64,000 nucleotides of DNA, taken from positions 198,488 through 262,487 of the forward strand of contig JBFWNU010000009.1 of NCBI GenBank assembly GCA_050250895.1, written 5' to 3'. This document shows, piece by piece, positions 58,871 through 64,000 of the stretch. The notes below the pieces were generated by a model, which was given only the letters and a program-made list of their open reading frames with translations, was not told where the DNA came from and ran no database searches. Position numbers and translations under genes: made by a program. Numbering within the stretch: position 1 is the stretch's first letter; each line of letters starts with the position of its first letter. The DNA is from Vulcanimicrobiota bacterium. Lineage in GTDB: Bacteria > Vulcanimicrobiota > Xenobia > Xenobiales > JADMJV01.

Positions 58871-60205
58871 CTAGAGCAGGCGACCATAAGCCTCGCGCTC
58901 CGTGGCCACGAGCTTCTCCAGGTCCATGTGGTCGAGCATCTTCTCTCGCAGGCGTCTCCCACAAGTTCGGGCATAGTCCTGGTCTTCGAGCAACTTTCGG
59001 GCCCCTTCAGCCATCGCCTCAATATCATCGACCGGTACCAGCTCGCCTGTCATACCCGTTATGATCACATCGCTGTGCCAATCGACATCATAAGCCACGA
59101 CGGGCACGCCAGCCAGTGCTGTCTCTGTGAGCGCCCTACCCGCAAGCGGGGAAAGCATGGCACTAGCCCCCGGCAGCACCTCCGCTAACCACTCCTGAGA
59201 ACGATTTCCGGCGAATAATACCAGCTCATCGACGTCGAGTTCCTCGGCGCGAGCCTGCATCTGCTCGCGGAGCTCGCCGTCGCCCACAATTAGAAGCGAG
59301 CAATCCACTCCCCACTGCCTGAGTCGACCCATGACTTCGACCAGGTCACTGGACTTCTTGACGGGCGTGAGGCGCCCGACGGCCACGACGAAGCGGCCAC
59401 GAAGGGTTGCAAACTCGCCGAGATCGGGTGCAGGTCGGGCATCGGGCGGGCTGTAGTGCATCGGGTGGATCGCAATACCATAAGGAAAAACGACCGTCCG
59501 ACGAGGATCAGCGCCGTTTTGGATCGCGAAGTCGAGATAGTCCTGGGTCGCACCGGCTACCAGATCCACTCGAGGAATCGTTTGCCGTTGAACCCACTGC
59601 TCAAGCTCGATGCTTGGGAACAATCGGGGCTGGACCGGCCGACCTGTCATCTCTCGAACCCGGTCGTAGTGGGCGCCAAGGCGCAGGGCCACTGGAATAC
59701 CGTTGGTGCGGGCCAGGATCAGACCTAGAAAACTTAGAAAATAAGGGTCTCCGGAGCGAATCACCGAGATTCCCTCGCAGCGAATAACCCGATCAAGTCG
59801 GGCCAACAGAGCCGTCTGGCTCAAGAGAAAGTTGAAGAGCTGAAAGCCGGCCAAAACTCTTAACAGGCCGAGCTTTCCCTCAATGACCACATGTCGATCA
59901 CTCAGAGGCGTGACGGTCGGTCCTCCAAAGGCGTCTTCAGGGTTGTCAGGAGTGATCACCGTGGCGACGGGATGGCAAAACCAAACCTTCTCGAAAAAGC
60001 CGCCCAGGTCGTGGCAGGTGACAAAGACCTCGAGCTTGCGGCGCTGAATAATCTCGAGAGTATAGGCCATGTCGAAAACCAGAATCCGCCGACCGGGAGC
60101 ATCCTTGCGCGGGCAAGTGAGCCGGTTGACGAGCAGTACTAGACCCACCAACGGCAGCGCAGCCAGAGTAGCCAAAAGGTCAAGGAGCAACAGCAGGTTC
60201 TTCAT
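58871..60205 (-). CDS. Glycosyltransferase family 4
   Basis: VGRL..VK, VGDG, G.ALTE.AL.GVPVVA, TGELV. Confidence 0.85.
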   Translation of the reverse strand: MKNLLLLLDLLATLAALPLVGLVLLVNRLTCPRKDAPGRRILVFDMAYTLEIIQRRKLEVFVTCHDLGGFFEKVWFCHPVATVITPDNPEDAFGGPTVTPLSDRHVVIEGKLGLLRVLAGFQLFNFLLSQTALLARLDRVIRCEGISVIRSGDPYFLSFLGLILARTNGIPVALRLGAHYDRVREMTGRPVQPRLFPSIELEQWVQRQTIPRVDLVAGATQDYLDFAIQNGADPRRTVVFPYGIAIHPMHYSPPDARPAPDLGEFATLRGRFVVAVGRLTPVKKSSDLVEVMGRLRQWGVDCSLLIVGDGELREQMQARAEELDVDELVLFAGNRSQEWLAEVLPGASAMLSPLAGRALTETALAGVPVVAYDVDWHSDVIITGMTGELVPVDDIEAMAEGARKLLEDQDYARTCGRRLREKMLDHMDLEKLVATEREAYGRLL

Positions 60206-60209
60206 CAGC

Positions 60210-60443
60210 TCAGTCGGACTGGGGTGCGAGGGCAAACTCGCGAACCTGACCGTGGTCACGCAATTGCTGCGCCACGGAATTCTCTGCGATATAGACCAGA
60301 ACCGGCGTTGCGCCAGCCGAGCCGTTACTGACAGCAACACATTGGCCTGTGCCGGTATCGGCGGCAAGCTCTGTCTCGAACGCTTCGACATCGGCCCGGA
60401 CGGCTTTCCATTGTGATGGCATGTCACAAAACGGAACTGTCAC
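60210..60443 (-). pseudogene. 77-aa internally deleted DegT aminotransferase remnant
   Basis: VPFCD, VEAFETELAA..CVAVSNG, AGATPVLV, LRDHGQ joined in one frame; SD GAAGGA before GTG. Confidence 0.7.
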
Positions 60444-60502
60444 GGTAGTCCTTCCAAAATTGGACGCGGTTTGGCCATAGGCGCGCATTCTCCTGCCTTT
60501 CT

Positions 60503-61423
60503 TTAAGCTCGCTTGCGAAAGACCGCGGCGAAGGTTGCACCCGAAAGGGGAAGAAGCCAACCCAAAAACCTCGACCAGAATCGGGTAAAGCAGTTGCGAT
60601 TCGTTAGACTATCCAGGTGACCATAGGTCGAGAAATATTCTCCAGCAAAGTTTGGCAAGTAGCGACGCCTCAACGCCTCGATGTCGATGCCGCGCCCGCG
60701 ATGGAAACGGCCACCGGCGAAAGGGGAATGAATATCGACGATCTCGTTGATTTGATTCTTGGTCATAGGTTGCTGGATGACGTCCTGTTCGAGCAACGTA
60801 TGGTTGACCTGTCGATAAAAGGTCTCGTCGGCCGCATTGACGGGTGCTCGCCGCCGGAACTTGTTGATAAGCTTCTCGGGATGGCAGAGCACGAAGAATA
60901 GGAAAAAGTTGGCAACCAGGATAGGATTGGTGTAGAAAGCTCGGTTGTGTTCGTGACAGATGATCAACCGACCACCCGGTTTGATTACGCGGTCGAGTTC
61001 ACGCAAAAAGCCAAAGTCTGGCAGATGGTGCAGTACCGAGTTCATGGTAACCACATCGAGGGAAGCGTCAGGTTGCTCGAGCCTTTTTCCGTCGAGATTT
61101 AGATACTCCACGGTAAGCCCGGGATACCGAGATGTCATCGTCTGCCTGCAGACATCGAGCATCCGTTCAGAAATGTCCGAACACACCAGCACATCGTTTG
61201 CGCCTAGAAGCGGACCGAGCTGGAGTGGAACGAAGCCTGTTCCCGAACCCAGGTCGAGCACCCGCAGCGGTCGCTTCATGCTGCCCACGAAACGCTGGCT
61301 GATTTGGCGCCATCGTTCGACCTCGTCCCGAATGATTTCAGGATGGGTTCTATCGTAAGAGGCCTGCTCGTAATCGTGAAACACACGATTGACCTCGAGC
61401 ACGAGCTCGGGCGCATATTGCAC
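60503..61423 (-). CDS. Class I SAM methyltransferase
   Basis: VLDLGSGTG, SDIS..ML, SVLHHL, IKPGG. Confidence 0.88.
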   Translation of the reverse strand: MQYAPELVLEVNRVFHDYEQASYDRTHPEIIRDEVERWRQISQRFVGSMKRPLRVLDLGSGTGFVPLQLGPLLGANDVLVCSDISERMLDVCRQTMTSRYPGLTVEYLNLDGKRLEQPDASLDVVTMNSVLHHLPDFGFLRELDRVIKPGGRLIICHEHNRAFYTNPILVANFFLFFVLCHPEKLINKFRRRAPVNAADETFYRQVNHTLLEQDVIQQPMTKNQINEIVDIHSPFAGGRFHRGRGIDIEALRRRYLPNFAGEYFSTYGHLDSLTNRNCFTRFWSRFLGWLLPLSGATFAAVFRKRA

Positions 61424-61428
61424 AACCG

Positions 61429-62436
61429 CTACACCGAAGCTGCTGAGGGCTGAATCTCGTAGGCTTCGAGATAGCCGATAAATTCGTCGACGGTGTCGGA
61501 CATACGGCCCCAGAAGTCGGTGTCGAAAACCATACCCAACTGCTCGCGAATCTTGCGATTATCCACATCAAAATACTTGATGTCACCCACAGCCCAATCA
61601 CTATGGACGATCGTTGAGGTAGTGCGAGAGCCCATCAGCCTGAGAATCCCCTCGGCGAGTTCTCCTACCGAGACCTGGATCCCAGAAGCGCAGTTGTACA
61701 CCTCGCCACTAGCACGGGGATCGATGGCCGCGAGAAGGTTAGCGTTCACCAGATCTTTGACCCAGGTGAAGCTACGCATTTGCGTGCCGTCGCCGTGCAC
61801 GGTGAGGTTCTTCTTCTCAAGTGCGTTGCGCAAGAAGATTGACACCACCCCCCCGAACTCATTGGATTCTTGCCGGGGTCCATAGACATGGAAATAGCGA
61901 AGAATGGTAGTGTCCAGGCCGTGCAACTGGTTGAAGGTGGCGACGTAGCGCTCACCGGCCAGATTGCTGACTCCGTAATAAGAACGCGGGTTGAGGGGGT
62001 GCTCCTCGTTGGTGGGGAAGATGACCGGCTCCCCGTAAACAGACCCTGTCGAAGCGTGAACGAACTTCTTGACGCCAAACTCTACCGACATGAGCAAGAG
62101 GTTGAGGGTGCCGCCGGCGTTGACATCGAGATCGCGGGCGGGGTCTCTCAGACAGACGGTCTTCTTCGACGCGGCGTTGTGGAAGATGATGTCGATGCCG
62201 TTCTCGAATAAGGGCCGTAGCGCCGAGGGGTCGGTTATATCAACGGTCTTATGGTGAAAGTGTGGATGGTTGCGATACGGAGCATAGTTATGCTCTTTTC
62301 CGGCCGAAAGATCGTCCACCGCCGTGACGCAGGCCCCGTGCTCCAACAGGGACTCGCAGAGATGACAGCCGATAAAGCCTGCGGAGCCAGTGACAACCAC
62401 GCGCTGGCCTGCCAGTTTGGAAGTATCAATGTTCAT
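61429..62436 (-). CDS. NAD-dependent epimerase/dehydratase (extended SDR); YxxxK reads YxxxN
   Basis: TGSAGFIG, HNAA, ST.SVYG, YGVSN, RYF.VYGPRQ, GDG.Q.R.F. Confidence 0.9.
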   Translation of the reverse strand: MNIDTSKLAGQRVVVTGSAGFIGCHLCESLLEHGACVTAVDDLSAGKEHNYAPYRNHPHFHHKTVDITDPSALRPLFENGIDIIFHNAASKKTVCLRDPARDLDVNAGGTLNLLLMSVEFGVKKFVHASTGSVYGEPVIFPTNEEHPLNPRSYYGVSNLAGERYVATFNQLHGLDTTILRYFHVYGPRQESNEFGGVVSIFLRNALEKKNLTVHGDGTQMRSFTWVKDLVNANLLAAIDPRASGEVYNCASGIQVSVGELAEGILRLMGSRTTSTIVHSDWAVGDIKYFDVDNRKIREQLGMVFDTDFWGRMSDTVDEFIGYLEAYEIQPSAASV

Positions 62437-62518
62437 TTCTCTCTGTCGCCTTTCATTCCCGGCCTCCCGACACCGTGGTATTCCCAATGTTAAGTTCGTA
62501 TCAAACCAGTGGTCTTGC

Positions 62519-64000
62519 CTAGAACCAGGCGGCAAACGTTGTTGCCTCGAGGGCCATGAGCTTCGTCTGGTGACCGGCGCTTGCGGCCGTCACGCGAAGA
62601 CCACCCCTGGTCAGTTCAAACGTCAGAGTCAGAGGGTCATCTGCGGCAGGTAGCAGCGCCTCCTTAAGCTTCTGGATTTCTGGATTCCACGAGCCATCGT
62701 CGAGGCGAATCCGGTCGTCGAGACCACGATTCTGTAATATGGTCAGCATTTGCGCACCGGCCGAAGCCTGAACGCCTGGGACACTCTTGGAAGTGACTTC
62801 TTCTCCGAATCGTGTTCCGGCGGGAAAGAGTTCTAGAAACCGGCCATGCATCTGAATGCCGAGAGAACCGACGAGCAGCTGCTCTGCCTGGCTGCACCGG
62901 GCAACTGCGTCGCCCAACACCAGGCCCTCCTGGGCCAGCACCCGCGGGTGACGCTGCGCTCCCAGAGCCACGCATCTTTTGGGGTCCGTGGCAGCCAGCT
63001 TGTCCGAGTCCAAAAAGCCTCGCTCCAGGGCACGCACCACCAACGGGAAGGACGAGGCGCGACCCGCTCTAACAATGGTATCAGGCCGCTCTAGACCCGC
63101 CCGCTGCACTAACCTTTGGGCGCAACGGATGCCCGCCTCCAGCGTGGGACCCAGCCAGTTCTCCAGGTCGTGGGCGGATAGGTCAAGCTCGGTGGCTGGC
63201 AAGGCCTCTAGGCCATTCTCACCGAGAAAATGTAGGTGCCCGGCGCCAAAGCGGAGGGTCTTCCATTCGGGTCTACCCTGACAGGCCTCGATAACCGCCT
63301 CCTCGGTGATGCCCCGAATTCTCATAAACTCTTCGAAAGCCTGATCGTCAGACAGGTCCGCGCAGGCCAGCAGTGGGGGCTGCCCTGGTAGCCCCCTAGA
63401 AAGGCCTTCGATAGCCAACATCGTGAGCTGGTCGATGACCCTCTCTCCCCCGATATCGGTGGCACCATCCACCCCTAACACACGCCATTTTAGAGCTTTG
63501 CCTTCCGCCCAAAACTCCAACAAACAAAGGTCCAGCGTCGTCCCTCCCAAATCGTAGACCAGAACCGTCCGGCGGCTTTTGGGGGCGGACGAGCCCGATA
63601 GAAATGAGAATGCTGCGGCTAGCGACTCGGGCAGGGCGACCAGTTCCAATTCATTGCGACGAGCCGTGGTGGTGGTCACCCATAAGGCCTCGCGCAGACA
63701 GGCGATCAGGGTGGCCTTCTCTTCCTCGGAACAACGCGCGGGGTGACACAGAAGTACTCGCGTAAAGTCGAGACCCGTCTCTCCCCGAGACCAAAGCTTG
63801 AGTTGCAAGCGTTGCAACCAAATTCTCAAGAAGTCTCCTAGAACTCGTCGAGGGGGCAAGTCGTAGGTGGCCAGGGGCTCCTCTCGGGGAATGACTCGCA
63901 GGCTGGCTGTTCCCATAAGCAAACTTCGTTTGGCTGCACCCACCACGGAGTGACGCGAGCAGGCCGATCTGCCCAGTTCTCTGGCCGGCGCCCCGATGCA
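62519..64000 (-). CDS. Divergent Hsp70-family protein, 5' part outside the window
   Basis: LPESLAAA, VYDLGGTTLD, GGE.ID, GRASS.P, DPK.CVALGA; frame open to the window edge. Confidence 0.75.
   Translation of the reverse strand, partial: CIGAPARELGRSACSRHSVVGAAKRSLLMGTASLRVIPREEPLATYDLPPRRVLGDFLRIWLQRLQLKLWSRGETGLDFTRVLLCHPARCSEEEKATLIACLREALWVTTTTARRNELELVALPESLAAAFSFLSGSSAPKSRRTVLVYDLGGTTLDLCLLEFWAEGKALKWRVLGVDGATDIGGERVIDQLTMLAIEGLSRGLPGQPPLLACADLSDDQAFEEFMRIRGITEEAVIEACQGRPEWKTLRFGAGHLHFLGENGLEALPATELDLSAHDLENWLGPTLEAGIRCAQRLVQRAGLERPDTIVRAGRASSFPLVVRALERGFLDSDKLAATDPKRCVALGAQRHPRVLAQEGLVLGDAVARCSQAEQLLVGSLGIQMHGRFLELFPAGTRFGEEVTSKSVPGVQASAGAQMLTILQNRGLDDRIRLDDGSWNPEIQKLKEALLPAADDPLTLTFELTRGGLRVTAASAGHQTKLMALEATTFAAWF

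Noticed and set aside
62519-64000. dnaK
   Set aside because: Too divergent, lacks the canonical substrate-binding and lid sequence, and is truncated by the window; kept only as Hsp70-like.

Overview
GC-rich bacterial chromosomal window; a Terrabacteria-type lineage is suggested by the extended L27, the Obg OCT domain and an LCP protein, but this is inference only. Housekeeping genes (rpmA, obgE, nth, ispH, RlmD-like, fbp, PhoH2, ALDH, DtxR/MntR) are interspersed with sugar-nucleotide/glycan genes (manC, manB, gmd, DegT, Gfo/Idh/MocA, GT4s). The main accessory feature is a lasso-peptide-type RiPP locus (core 28.3-37.7 kb, up to about 25.5-45.1 kb). It has an RRE (B1), a 93-aa precursor, B2 protease, cyclase, ABC exporter, two HPr-kinase-like proteins, a sulfotransferase, PRMT-like and other methyltransferases, a nucleotidyltransferase, a JmjC/cupin oxygenase, an ASPIC/UnbV protein, an S8 protease and a rhodanese-MauE pair. 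The precursor has a canonical leader and G1-E9 ring but a predicted 74-aa core, far longer than characterised lasso peptides. The cyclase appears frameshifted at a C8 run. A second candidate system is a GxxExxY nuclease-like gene bounded by ~30-bp inverted repeats, with gene-less copies of the same repeat family at 18.4-19.3 kb and 0.15-0.46 kb. Also present: arrays of GNA-triloop mini-hairpins, orphan Rpn C-terminal fragments and internally deleted pseudogenes. No rRNA, tRNA or CRISPR array was recognised. All calls are from motif reading by eye; no searches were run.
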